Shown here piece after piece: positions 51,253 through 63,555 of a stretch of DNA of 64,000 nucleotides. Under the pieces are notes generated by a model, which saw only the letters and a list, made by a program, of their open reading frames with translations, searched no databases and was not told the origin of the DNA. The stretch covers positions 42,284,001-42,348,000 of the forward strand of contig OY740805.1 of the NCBI GenBank assembly GCA_963514005.1, read 5' to 3'. Positions within the stretch are counted from its first letter, which is position 1. Every line of letters begins with the position of its first letter. Source of the stretch: Raja brachyura (Eukaryota). The translations under genes and the position numbers were made by a program.

Positions 51253-54200
51253 TATAGACGGGAAAGGAATGGAGGGTGATGGGCTGAGTACAGGTAGATG
51301 AGACTAGGTGAGAGTACGTGTTCGACATGGACTAGAAGGGCCGAGGTGGCCTGTTTCCGGGCTGTAATTGTTATATGGTTATATGGTTATCAGACAAATC
51401 TTATTTTTTTCCAAATGCAATGTCTCAGTCTATAAATTCTATTTGAACAGGTAATATAAAATAAATTATTGGCAAAACGGCACAGGGTATAACTTCAGAC
51501 AAATACAGAAGGCGTGTATGCAATAATATGCATTTTCAAGGCTGGTCGTTTTTACTTGAGTTTGCCCCTGAGTGTTTTATGTTTGTGTTTGCAAAATACT
51601 ATCATTGAACGCTGATGCAGTTTGCAAACTGCTCTTCCGTTTCAGAAAATTCAGAATATTACACAACTTTAATGCAGGGAGTGGAGGGAGGTGGATTGTG
51701 TGACCGCAGTTAAGCATTGGTCACTGGGTCGTGTTCGGCACAGACATTGTGGGCCGAGGGTCATGTTCCTGTGTTGTTCTGTGTTCTATGTTCCATTGTG
51801 CACTGAGCTTAGCTGCAGAGAAACGGAGACGATGAGAGAGGCAGGGAGATCCCTGTGGTCAACGCCACGAGCTGGGCTACAGTATGAAGTCAAGATACGG
51901 CGTCCATTCACACGGGGACATGATATGAACCACGCGAGACTATCCCAGACCGTGGAGCAAGATGAACCCCGCTAACCGGAACATACGGAATAAATTAGTG
52001 TCCTTTAGAAGAAACAGAAAAACAAAACAACATTCTTGAGATTTCTCACCGCAAAGATGTCCAAGTTGCTTGTCTTTGAAAATGGCGGCGTTGATTCAAT
52101 TTAACATTCCAAGATTAGGAAGGAAAATTATTTGAAAAATAACATGCAGACAATTTGGTCACTGTTGGTAAAAGTTGGGATATTGAAACGCACAGAATAA
52201 ACGGCTGATGAAAAAGACGATTCACCTGTTACAGAAAAGGTTTGTGGGTGTGGTACCGGATGGATTGCTGTTTGTGACAGCCAGCGCTGGGCTACTGGTT
52301 CAGTCCCCTACTGAGATTCTGGTCAATGTGATGATTTATATCAGTCCTTTCTCTGGCTGCTATAACCTGACATCTGCACCCAGGACAAACGCCTTCCTTT
52401 GACCTTGAATCCGGACAAATGCTCCACACTAATACTCTTCGCAAATATTCAACCTCTCAACAGCAAAAACACGACGCCGCGCCTTTTCTGGGCAGTGATG
52501 GTCCAAAGTCTGGCTTGTTCCTTTTATTAAAGAGAACTGATAAAGATTCAGGCTAAAATCATAAATGAATCCAAAGGTCTGATCGAGATAAAAGGGAGTC
52601 CAAAGGGCTTTTACTGCACATTAGCAATCGAAGGACTGTGTGGAGGCAGTGAGACGACGAACAACCAAAGTTGGGAATAAGGTAGGGATATTTCTGACAC
52701 TTTTAACTTGTTTCCTATAACTGTGGCCAGACTGCAACGTAACTGACCAATGGGAACATTAGAACAATATGAAGTTGTGTGCAACTCTGTATTAATGCCA
52801 TTTGGGTGATAAACTGTCTCGTGGTGTGTCGGTAAAGAATCACCAAAAAAGGAGAAACGACAAAGCAGTCAGTGGATGTTGTTTACTTGGATTATCAGAA
52901 GGATTTTGATAAGATGCCACACGCGATGCTGCTAAACAGGATTGGAGCTCCTGGTATTTGAAGCAAGGTTCCAGCGTGGATAGTAGATTGGTTGACGGGC
53001 AGAAGCAACGAGTGAGAATAAAAGAGGGCATTTCTGGTTGGCTGCCGGTGACTAGTGGTGTTCCACGGGGGTCGGTGTAGGGGCCACTACATTGCACCTC
53101 ATGTGTTAATGGGATGGATGGGAGAATTAGTGGCTTTGTGGACAAATTTGCAGACGATATGAAAATAGGTGGAGGGGCCAATTGTGTAGAGGAAGCATGG
53201 AGGCTGTAGAATGGCGTGGACAGGTTGGGAGAGTGGGCAAAGAAGTGGAAATGGAATACAGCGAGTTGCTGTGTTTGACTCTGAGAGTTCACAGTCTAAA
53301 ATATCCGTTCCCCGCCACTCCCTGGCACTGATGAGGACAAGCGCAGTGAACTGCTCAGAGACATTTTCTGAAACGCCCAATCTCTCAGGACCGATCTCTC
53401 CAGTCGCTCACCTTTCCCCAGCAACCGATCTCCGCTGAGAGTCCAACCATCCCCAAAGTAGATAATGTCTGGGACTCACGTCACACTGAGAATCTGACCG
53501 CTGATCTCCCACCTTCTCCCCATAAAACGTGAGCACGTCCACGTCGGCTGTTGAAAAACGTTCACTGTTTCAGGAATGACAGGTCGTGTCAAGGTGAGCT
53601 GCTCCAGATCGGTGGCGCTTTGCTGGTCCGTTACTAAACCCTCTACCAGTGGTAGAACAAGGGCAACAAATGTCCTTCTGTTTAATCAGGGCTCAACTAC
53701 TCAAACCTGGAACGTACAATGGAACAGGGGAGGCGACCACCTGGACCAGGGGTTATTCCGTATTGACTCCACACTGCTCTGTGCGGCCAGGTGTGTGTTG
53801 GGATGGTCAGCCCTGGAGATGTAACTCCGCTCGTTCCCTCCGCTTCTTTCACCAATGACCTCAGGGCGACTCCTCCGCTCACGGCCCTCCGGCCACAGGG
53901 CCCACTTCCCCATCCTTTACCGGGCCGACCCGTCCCCATTCCGAGCCCCTCCATTCAAATCCTGGTCATCGTGAGAGAAACAAGAACAATTGAGAGAACA
54001 GAGACCTGGGAGGCATCGTTCACTCTTTATTCCACTGGAAAATATAACCTCACCCCCTGATTATTTGTATTTCTCCCACAACTTTCGACTTCAGAATCAT
54101 TTTCTGTTCTTTGACAGGTTTGACGATGGGTGACTGAAGAAATTCCCGGGAGAAGATTCGTCCCGGACCCGACCCCCGTGACAGGAGACTCAATGAGCAG

Positions 54201-54265
54201 ATTGGAAAGGGAGCCGGGGTCTCGGTGCGGAGCCTGGAGTCCTTTGGTCACTGGTTACCCTTGGT

Positions 54266-54481
54266 CACCCCGCACAAGGTGTGACCTTTCACCCCGCACG
54301 AGGTGTGACCTTTCACCCCGCACAAGGTGAGACCTTTCACCCCGCACAAGGTGTGACCTTTCACCCCGCACAAGGTGAGACCTTTCACCCCGCACAAGGT
54401 GTGACTTTTCACCCCGCACAAGGTGTGACTTTTCACCCAGCACAGGGTGTGACCTTTCACCCCGCACAAGGTGTGACCTTT
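54266..54481. repeat. 24-bp minisatellite, 9 copies (caccccgcacaaggtgtgaccttt), upstream of the gene D signal exon
   Basis: Directly visible; a single unit at the paralogous site (~10644-10670). Confidence 0.95.
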
Positions 54482-54632
54482 CACCCCTGGTCAACAGTGA
54501 GTTGGGGGAGGTGGACACCGGCAGCGGGTACCGTGCGGGGGGGGGGGGGGGTCACAGCTTCCCACCCATCACGGGTCTAACACTTCTCTCTTTCTCTCTC
54601 TCTCTCCCTCAGGCACTGACCCCTCCACTGGG

Positions 54633-57600
54633 ATGGGAGTGGTTCACTGCGCTGTGGTGTTACTGCACGGGATCCTCAGCTCAGTCCACGGTAATGACCA
54701 CAACATCTGGTCTGATTTATATATATTTATCTCATGGAGGGGGCTTCATGGAGTCAGATGATTCATATTTTAAAATCGCTCATTTTAATGCAGTTGTCCA
54801 CTTAATACGATCAGGTAGGGGGTTCTTCCTCCCTCTGTGGGCGATGATGGGGACTGCAGGAGTAGGAGGCAACTTCATATTCGTGGATAATCAGGATAGC
54901 AGGAAGCAGAGAGTGGTTGCCGATCGTTTTTCTCTGTGGGTGGCAAGATGTAATGAGTGGTGTCCCACGGGGATTGGTATTGTGACCCCAATGTTATATA
55001 AACATATAATCGTGAACTACCTGTGAACATTTTCATATCCTGTTTTCATCCCTGGATTATAACGTCATAAGTGATAGGAGCAGATGAATGTCATTCCGCC
55101 CATCAATTCTACTCCGCCATTCAATCATGGCTGATCTATCTCTCCCTCCCTAACCCCATTAGAGTCATAGAGTGATACAGTGTGGAAACAGACCCTTCGG
55201 CCCAAGTAACCCACACCGGCCAACAATTTCCCCTCGGCGCTAGTCCCACCTGCCTGCGCTTGGTCCATATCCCTCTAAACCTGTCCTATCCATGTACTTG
55301 TTAAACGATGGGATAGTCCCAGCCTCAACAATCTCCTCTGGCAGCTTGTTCCATACACCCAGCACCGTTTGTGTGGAAACGTTGCCTCTCGGATTCCTAT
55401 TCAATCTTTTCAATTAATTAAATCTATTAAATTTGCTATCTATTCGGCTCTCTCTCCTTGGATCCCATGCGATCTAACCTTCCAAAGCAGCCTACCTTGC
55501 GGAACCTTCTCGAACGCCTTATTGAAGTCCATGTACACAACATCTAGAGTTCTGCCTTCATCAATCTGTCTGGTCACGTCTTCAAAAAAATCAACCAGAT
55601 TTGTGAGACGTGCTCTCGTGTACAGAACCATGCTAATAATCCCCACTCAGCCCTGGCCCATCCAGATGCTTGTATATCACATCCCTCTACAGATGTTATG
55701 CTCACCGGTCTATAGTTCCCAGCATTGTTTCTGCAGCACTTCTTGAAAAGATTGCAACGTTTGCCATCCTCCGGTCTTCCAGCACCTCTCCTGTTTTGAA
55801 GGACGACTCGTAAATTACATCCGGGGCTCCCGTAATTTCCTCTCGAGTTTCCCACAATATCCTCAGATATATCAGATCATTCTCCTGCCTTCTTCTCATT
55901 ACCCCTGACACCCGTACTAATCAAGAATCACTGTCTGAAAAATATCTATTGACTTGACCTCCAGAGCCTTCTGTGGCAATGAATTCCACACATTCACCAC
56001 CCTCCGCTTAAGAAATCCATCCTCAACCCCCTCCTAAATAAATGTCCTTTAGTTCTGAATATACGACCTAGAGTCGTATCCTCTCCCACGAGTGGAAAGA
56101 TCACAATACTCCAAATACGGCCAGACCTGCGCCTTATAGAGCCTCAGCATTACATCCCTGTTTTTGTATTCTAGCCCTCATGAAACAAATGAAATTGGGC
56201 TTTGTGCGTGCAGAACGATGCAAACTTTACTAACATTCATTTTGTTTTCTATTTTTCCGTATTGATTCCTTAAATAATCATGTTTTCACTTATTTAAATT
56301 GACCCGCAGGCGAATTTCTCGTTATTGTATCGGACGATGGTTTTGTAGCCACTGTAGGTGGAGATGTGGTGTTGGAATGTCAGCTTGTCCCAGATATATT
56401 GACCAGCAACATGGTCGTGCAGTGGAGGAAGTCAGGTCTCATCTCGCCAGTCCTCGTGTACAGACATGGACACAATGACGCCCTCGCTCAACACCAGGAT
56501 TACAGAGCAAGAGCCGAACTGTTTAAAGATGAAGTGGCCAAAGGGGACATTTCCCTCAGAATAAAGAACGTAAGAAGGTTTGATGAAGGGAAATATACAT
56601 GTTCAGTTACAGAGGGAACTGAGTATGAAGCATCTGTAGCTCAACTGCGAGTTCGAGGTGAGTAAGTAAATACATGGATATTATGAACGTTAAATGAATG
56701 TGATTGTCTTTATAAATCGTTTATCTTGGTGTAAAGATAGAATTGCTGTTCAATTAATACAATATTCACAATATTTCAAGCGTCTTACACTTTCGCTGCT
56801 CCCAAGGTTGAGCCAGTGAATTCCTCAGGATCTGCATATTGTATCCAGTGATACAGTTGAACAGAGGGATCTGGGAATAAGCGTGCATAATGCCTTGAAG
56901 GTGGAATCTCATATAGATAGGGTGGTAAAGAAAGCTTTTGTTATGCTAACCTTTATAAATCAGAGCATTGAGTATAGAAGCTGGGATGTAATGTTAAAAT
57001 TGTACAAGGCATTGGTGAGACCAAATCTGGAGTATGGTGTACAATTTTGGTCGCCCAATTATAGGAAGGATGTCAACAAAATAGAGAGGGTACAGAGGAG
57101 ATTTACTAGAATGTTGCCTGGGTTTCAACAGCTAAGTTACAGAGATAGGTTGAATAAGTTAGGTCTTTATTCTCTGGAGCGCAGAAGGATAAGGGGGGAC
57201 TTGATAGAGGTATTTAAAATGATGAGAGGGATAGACAGAGTTGATGTGGACAAGCTTTTCTCTTTGAGAATAGGGAAGATTCAAACAAGAGGACATGACT
57301 TTAGAATTAAGGGACAGAAGTTTAGGGGTAACATGAGGGGGAACTTCTTTACTCAGAGAGTGGTAGCGGTGTGGAATGAGCTTCCATTGGAAGTGGTGGC
57401 GGCAGGTTCGTTGGTATCATTTAAAAATAAATTGGATAGGCATATGGATGAGAAGGGTATGGAGGGTTATGGTATGAGTGCAGGCAGGTGGGACTAAGGG
57501 AAAAAAGTTGTTCGGCACGGACTTGAAGGGCCGAGATGGCCTGTTTCCGTGCTGTAATTGTTATATGGTTTACATGGTTACATAGTTATAGGAGCTGGTT

Positions 57601-60600
57601 ACACAACAGTGAATCACGACTTGAAGATAAATGTAAAAATAACAGTTTGTAATCAACAATGTAGCAATGTTACAAATTTTTGAGATTTAAAAAATCAAGT
57701 CTGCAATTTATCCCATCAGATAAAGCATAAAAAGAAGTTTAATTTGACACCTAATTTACTTTCATATCTGCAGTATTAAGAAAGTTATGGCCATTTTCAT
57801 ACTCGGAAATTAGCATCTTGCTCCCCATTGCCTTTCAATTTACTTAACTCAAAAGCTGTGATCTAGAACCGTTAAAAGCCCATAACTTTCTTAAAAATTA
57901 ACATAACTCAATGAAATTTTCAGTTATTATAGATTGAAGCATTCTGAAACAAATATTAAACAATCTTACTTGGATTACCTGAAATTAAAGCATATAATTA
58001 GTTAGTTATCTAATTGTAGCTAATTACAAAATTCAATGAGTAGATCTAAACATCTATCAATTTCTTAAGAAAAGCTAAACTTTTTAAAAATTGCCTGTGT
58101 CCAAATAACATTCACACAATAATCCACAATATAACATAATTTTAAAATATCATTTTCATGAATTTCTGGGCCAAATGGAAGGAATTTAGTGTTTGATTCC
58201 TGTAAATTAATGGACATTTAAATGAACTAGCGAGTGGGTTTTCGTGGAATGCGGTGGATTGGAACGTTGCGGTTAGATGTGAAGTCGATAGGAACAATAC
58301 TGTTTGTTCATACATTTTTGGGACCCCATTTCGCAACATAAAATATTATTAAAGCCTCCCGAAAAAACAACTTTTAATATAAAAATAAACTTTTTACCTT
58401 TTTTTCTCCCCTACCGAAAATCCTTCCTGTTGTCGGCACTCACGGCTTTTGAAGGTGATTTTTAAATTACTCTAGTTAATAAATAATTTAGAGTAATTTA
58501 AAAATACCTTCATTGATGAAATGTCGAAGCGATTTTTCTTCCGCAACGAAATCGCCCGACATTCATCGATTATCCCAGTCTGTCGAAAAACGGCACTTTA
58601 AGCACGCCCCCCTCTGAAAGGCGCCAAAGTCACGCACACGGGGAGCGGCAGAACTGCAGCGCCGCTAAAGTTGCAACATACCTAAACAATGTTGATTTAT
58701 AATTACATAATTACAAATGCTTTCACAAAGCATTTGATAATGTCCCACATAGGAGATTAATGGTCAAAATTTGGGCACATGGTATTCGGGGTAGAGTGCT
58801 CAACATGGATAGAAAATTGGTTGGCAGACAGGAAAAGAGTAAGGAATAACGGGTGCCTTTCAGAATGGCAGGTATTGACTAGTGGGGTACCGCAAGGCTC
58901 GCTGCTGGGACCGCAACTATTTACAATACACATCAATGATTTGGATCAAGGGATTCAAAGTAACATTACCAAATTTGCAGATGACACAAAGCTGTGTTGT
59001 GGAATGAACTGTGAGGTGGATGCTTTGAGAATGCAAGGTACCTTGAACTGGTTGGGTGAGTGGGCAAATGCATGGCAGATGCACTTTAATGTGGATAAAT
59101 GTGGGGTTATCCACTTTGGCAGCAAAAACAAGAAGGCACATTGTTATCTAATGGTGTCAAATTGGGAAAAGGGGAAGTACAGCGGGATTGGGGGTCCTTG
59201 TTCATCAGTTAGTGGAAGTGAGCCTGCAGGCAGAGCAGACAGCGAAGAAAGCGAATGGCATGTTGGCCTTAATAAGAAGAGAAGTTGAGTATAGGAGCAA
59301 ATATGTCCTTCTGCAGGTGTATAGTGAGATCCTAGTGAGACCACACCTGGAGTATAGTGTGCAGTTTTGGTCCCCTAATTTGAGGAAAGACACTCTTGTT
59401 ATTGAGGGAGTGCAGCGTAGGTTCACAAGGTTAATTCCAGGGATTGCGGGACTCTCATATGCTGAGAGAATGGAGCGGCTGGACTTGGACACTCTGGAGT
59501 TTAGAAGGTTGAGAGGGGATAGTATTGAAACATATAAGATTATTAAGGGTTTGGACACGCTAGAGGCAGGAAACGTGTTCCCGATGTTGGGGAAGTCCAG
59601 AACCAGAAGCCACAGTTTAAGAATAAGGGGTAAGCTATTTAGAACGGAGATGAGGAGAAACGTTTTCACCCAGAGAGTTGCGAGTCTATGGAATTCTGTC
59701 TCAGAGGACAGTGGAGGCCGGTTCTTTGGATACTTTCAAGACATAGCTTGATGGGGCTCTAATAGTCAAGGGATATGGGGCGAAGGCAGGAACGCGGTAC
59801 TGATTGTGGATGATTAGCCATGATCACATTGAAAGGCTGCGCTCGCTCGAAGGGCCGAATGGCCTTTTCCTGCACCTATTGTCTATTGTCTATAATTAAG
59901 AACATTATGTTGCGATGTTATATTCAGAAGTAACTTGAGTAAATGGAAGGCAGCCATGGGAATGTGTTTAACCGGAGTTCCATCACATCTGTCCATGAGT
60001 TATTTATTGAAGAGGATGGAGAATGGGATTTGGGAAGCCTCATCACAGTTGTACAGCAGGTTGGTGAGACCTCACCTGGGGCACAGTGTACGGTCTTTGT
60101 CTGCTTACTGAAGGAAACGTGGAGTTGGCACGATTAATACTCTCTCGGTTGATTCCTGGGTGAAGGAGTTGTCTTGTGAGGAGATTTGCTGGTGTTACTT
60201 GGGAGGGATTAATCCTGCGTGACAGGGGGTGGGAAACAGCAGATGCGTGACAGGGGGTGGGAAGCAGCAGATGAGAGATTGAGAGGAATGTGGAGGTTGG
60301 GTGAAGTAAGTCTGGAAGTACGGTCGGGCAGGGCCAAGTTAATGAACACGGCGGGGCTGAAAAGCCTGTTTATTTATTTTGTTAAAGGCATATTATAATA
60401 AGGCAGATGGACTTAGTGCATGAACCATGAGATTGTGGCCATGACAGAAACAGATTGGTTGTAGAGGATTAATTTCCCCGATTTGCCCAATATTCACCGT
60501 GAGTGCCTTGGGGGCAAGGGTTTAGATGTGGCAGCATTTGGCTGCATCCAGGAGGGTTTTCTGACACATTGTGCAGTTCATCCAACCATGGATTGGACTA

Positions 60601-61955
60601 TACAGGACATTGATTTGGAAAATGAGCGCAGCCAGTTGGAGATTCAAAGGGAGAGTATTTTGAGAACAGTGATCATAATTCAATAAATGTTCAGCTAGTT
60701 GTGGAAGTGATAAGTGGACCTCGATAAAGCTTAATTAGGGAAAGACTATTTTCAACAGTATCAGGCTGGAAACAAAATGCTGGAGAAACTCAGCGGGTCA
60801 GGCAGCATCTCTGGAGAGAAGGAATGGGTGACGTTTCACAGAATGCTGGAGTAACTCAGCGGGACAGGCAACACCTCTGCAGAGAAGGAACGGGTGACGT
60901 TTCGGGTCGAGACCCTTCTTCAGTATCAGGCTGGAGTTGGGGAGAGTAGATTTGTAGAAGTCAATATCAGACGAGTGAGGTTTGTTAAAGGCCAGTGATC
61001 AGAATGCAGGAACAACATGTCATTGTGAGGAAGAAAGCCAAGGATAGATACATCTGAGCACTTGGATGACAAGACATGTTGCAAATTTGGTCAAAAGTGA
61101 AATAAAGGAAGCATATGAAATATTCAGGTCATCCCAAAGCTTCATAGGCTCCCTGTGAATCTTTCCTGAACCCCTTTCAGCTTGAGGGCAGTCTCCCACT
61201 GGTCAGGTGAGCAGAACTATGGACAGTTTTCCATGTGTGGTCTCAGCGATGCCTTGTACAGTTGTAGCACAACATCCCGACTCTTGTCCTCAATGTCCTG
61301 ACCGATGGAGACAAGCATGACAAACACCTTTTTCACACTTTGTAATTAGTGTTGCTACTTCCAGGTGGCCATATACTCGGACCCCGAGATATCTCCGTTC
61401 CACCACACTCTCCAGGGCCCAGCCTTTTACCATGTAACCCCCACCCTGGCTTAATTTACCGGGATGCTGAAAACATTCAGCAGGTCAGGCAGCGTCTGGG
61501 GAGCGAGAAGCAGAGTTGACATTTCTGCTCAATGACTTTCCATGGGAACTAAAAATAATTAGAAATTGTATAGGAATTGTTGCAAGAGGATTGAGTACTT
61601 GAACAAAATGCTGTTTGGTCCAAGTTGCTATTCTTCCTGGCTATTGTTATTTCTACATCTGTCCCTGATGCAGCTTTGGGGAGTTTGCCCCGGATTCGGT
61701 TGCAGGGATACCAGGGAGATGGAATCCAGCTCGTGTGTAAGTCCGGTGGATGGTATCCTGGACCAGAGATGCTGTGGATCGGCGGGGATGGACAGGTTTT
61801 ACCACAAGCTGAAACAATGCACCATGAAGATACGGAAGGTCTTGTAAATGTGGAGAGCAACGTGACAGTAACGAGGCAATCAACAAACAAGATCAAGTGT
61901 GTTGTCCGGAGCAGACGATTGAACGTAAGACATGAGGCAATTGTTAAAATATCAG
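54633..61955 (+). CDS. BTN: Butyrophilin-like gene D (paralog of A; partial): exons 54633-54690, 56310-56657, 61674-61955
   Basis: Signal MGVVHCAVVLLHGILSSVHG, IgV 348 nt and IgC 282 nt, all open with canonical phase-1 splice sites; TM exon not seen in the window. Confidence 0.88.
55400..55870 (-). mobile_element. Degenerate CR1 fragment
   Basis: LTNLVDFFEDVTRQIDEGRTLDVVYMDFNKAFEKVP. Confidence 0.8.
56310..56657 (+). CDS. Gene D IgV exon
   Basis: cccgcag|GCGAATTT...GTTCGAG|gtgagt; near-identical to the gene A IgV. Confidence 0.94.
56851..57590 (+). mobile_element. Young CR1 3' fragment (tatggtta-tail family)
   Basis: ORF 56883-57497 is nearly identical to the C-terminal part of 44798-45535. 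Confidence 0.92.
57662..58684. mobile_element. AT-rich non-autonomous DNA transposon with TAG...CTA termini (hAT-like)
   Basis: Imperfect TIRs tagcaatgttacaaattt / aaagttgcaacataccta; flanking duplication aacaatg; empty site at ~8805-8822 in the left arm. Confidence 0.65.
58725..59892 (+). mobile_element. Degenerate CR1 LINE
   Basis: ORFs 58779-59288 and 59188-59751. Confidence 0.9.
60771..60920 (-). repeat. Tandem Penelope-type repeat with hammerhead-like core (60896-60923) and 15-bp TSD
   Basis: cagtatcaggctgga at 60756-60770 and 60921-60935; minus strand ctgaagaagggtctcgacccgaaacgtc. Confidence 0.72.
61674..61955 (+). CDS. Gene D IgC exon
   Basis: gatgcag|CTTTGGG...ATATCAG|gtttgt; 282 nt. 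Confidence 0.93.
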
Positions 61956-63202
61956 GTTTGTAAACGTTTCTGTTTGATCATTGAAGTATAAAGGTGATTT
62001 ACATTCCATTGAAACCCCGACTGCCCAGAATGCTCACTGAGGAGCTCACGTGTTTCTCTGTGATGATTTATCCACATCTCACTTCTGTGGGGAAATGATC
62101 ACTGATTTTTAAATACAGTTTACCATATGCGCCGACCCTGCTGCTTTACTGCCTTTTAAATCTGTAACTGCATGGAAGGCCAACTGTGTCCACAACTTGT
62201 CCAACCAGGTTGGACATCGACACAAACACTTTCAATTCCCTGACGCTCTCCTAAAGAGTCTTAAATGGACAAACCATGAGCACTCCCAGAGCATTGACAC
62301 GCACGACCCCGTCACACTGACCACATGGGAACTATTGACACCACTAGGACAGGGATGAAGCTCTACTGAAGGAGACGTCATGGTCCGATTACAAAGCAGA
62401 ACCGTGAAGGAACCGGTGTGTGGGTGACTACCCGAGACCTGTGTAAATTGGCCCCTGGCGAATGAGGTCATGCAGTTACCATATGTGTCCACAATCATTG
62501 TGAGAGAAATGGGTTCCAATTCCTGAGGTGGAATTCCCAGTGGAGGGGGGGAGAGAGGAATCAGTTCTATTGGGTTGGGCTTCACTTGAATCGCCCTGAG
62601 ACCAGTGTCTGAGTAAATCACATGACTGAGAATGTAGATGAAGCTTTGACCTGAATAGTTGTGGGGATGCGGTATAAACAGAAGCGTTTACCTCTAACGT
62701 TGTCTTTTCACAACTAGCCCACATTGGAGGCTCTCTGTCTAAGTCTGCAAGGATAACCCATGAGGGTCTAATTAGCCGTCACTTTAATCCTCCATCCCGC
62801 CGCCGCTCTGCCCGCTGAGAGAGAGACGTTCCACATGTGCGTGTCGGGATGCACCACATTGTAAACCACTGCTGCCATCCCATCGAAAGGAAGACCAGCA
62901 ATCTGTGGCGTGGTCCGGCATGGACCATGTTGGGGCAACATCTAGACCAAGTGGTTGGTTCGTTGCACCCGTCCTAAAATCCAACCTTCGGCTTAGATTA
63001 AAATGTAATTGTGTTGCTCAGTGCCAGCGTTGGAACTCGTGGCTTTCCTCAGACAGCGACAACGTAAACACCAGTGGCATGGGAGAAGTTCTCAAGCGTC
63101 CATTAACTCCAACTGGCCATTAGCAAACCCCAGCGCTGCCGTTGCTGGCTCTTCCAGTGAACCCTTACATCACGGAAGGGAATATACCAATATCCAAATA
63201 CC

Positions 63203-63414
63203 NNNNNNNNNNNNNNNNNNNNNNNNNNNNNNNNNNNNNNNNNNNNNNNNNNNNNNNNNNNNNNNNNNNNNNNNNNNNNNNNNNNNNNNNNNNNNNNNNN
63301 NNNNNNNNNNNNNNNNNNNNNNNNNNNNNNNNNNNNNNNNNNNNNNNNNNNNNNNNNNNNNNNNNNNNNNNNNNNNNNNNNNNNNNNNNNNNNNNNNNNN
63401 NNNNNNNNNNNNNN
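63203..63414. other. Assembly gap (N run)
   Basis: Run of n characters. Confidence 1.
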
Positions 63415-63555
63415 AGCATATATATCAGTATATTTGTACAGACACAAAATGCTAGAGTAATCTCTAGAGTAGAGCATCTCTGGAGAAGAGGAATGGGCGA
63501 CGATACAATATAAACACAATATGTACACACACATACACACTATATATATATAAAT

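Larger units (their letters stand above)
38250..51428. mobile_element. 13.2-kb nested retrotransposon stack: outer 5'-truncated L1-like fragment (minus; pieces ~38250-38317, ~41800-42100, ~51391-51428) with nested CR1 copies
   Basis: 15-bp TSD tctataaattctatt at 38235-38249 and 51429-51443; empty site in the left arm at ~15455; minus-strand ETLHLEKIRFV and DEPELFVRIWSPFIEF resemble an L1 ORF2 C-terminus. Confidence 0.8.

Noticed and set aside
54248-55026. Repetitive ORFs (VKGHTLCG, GERSHLVR) and the 174-aa ORF 54502-55026
   Set aside because: Translations of the 24-bp minisatellite, and an off-frame read across the real leader exon.
62320-62410. GTIDTT...TSWSDYK resembling a Harbinger transposase motif
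   Set aside because: Too short, broken by stops, and without supporting flanking motifs or TIRs.
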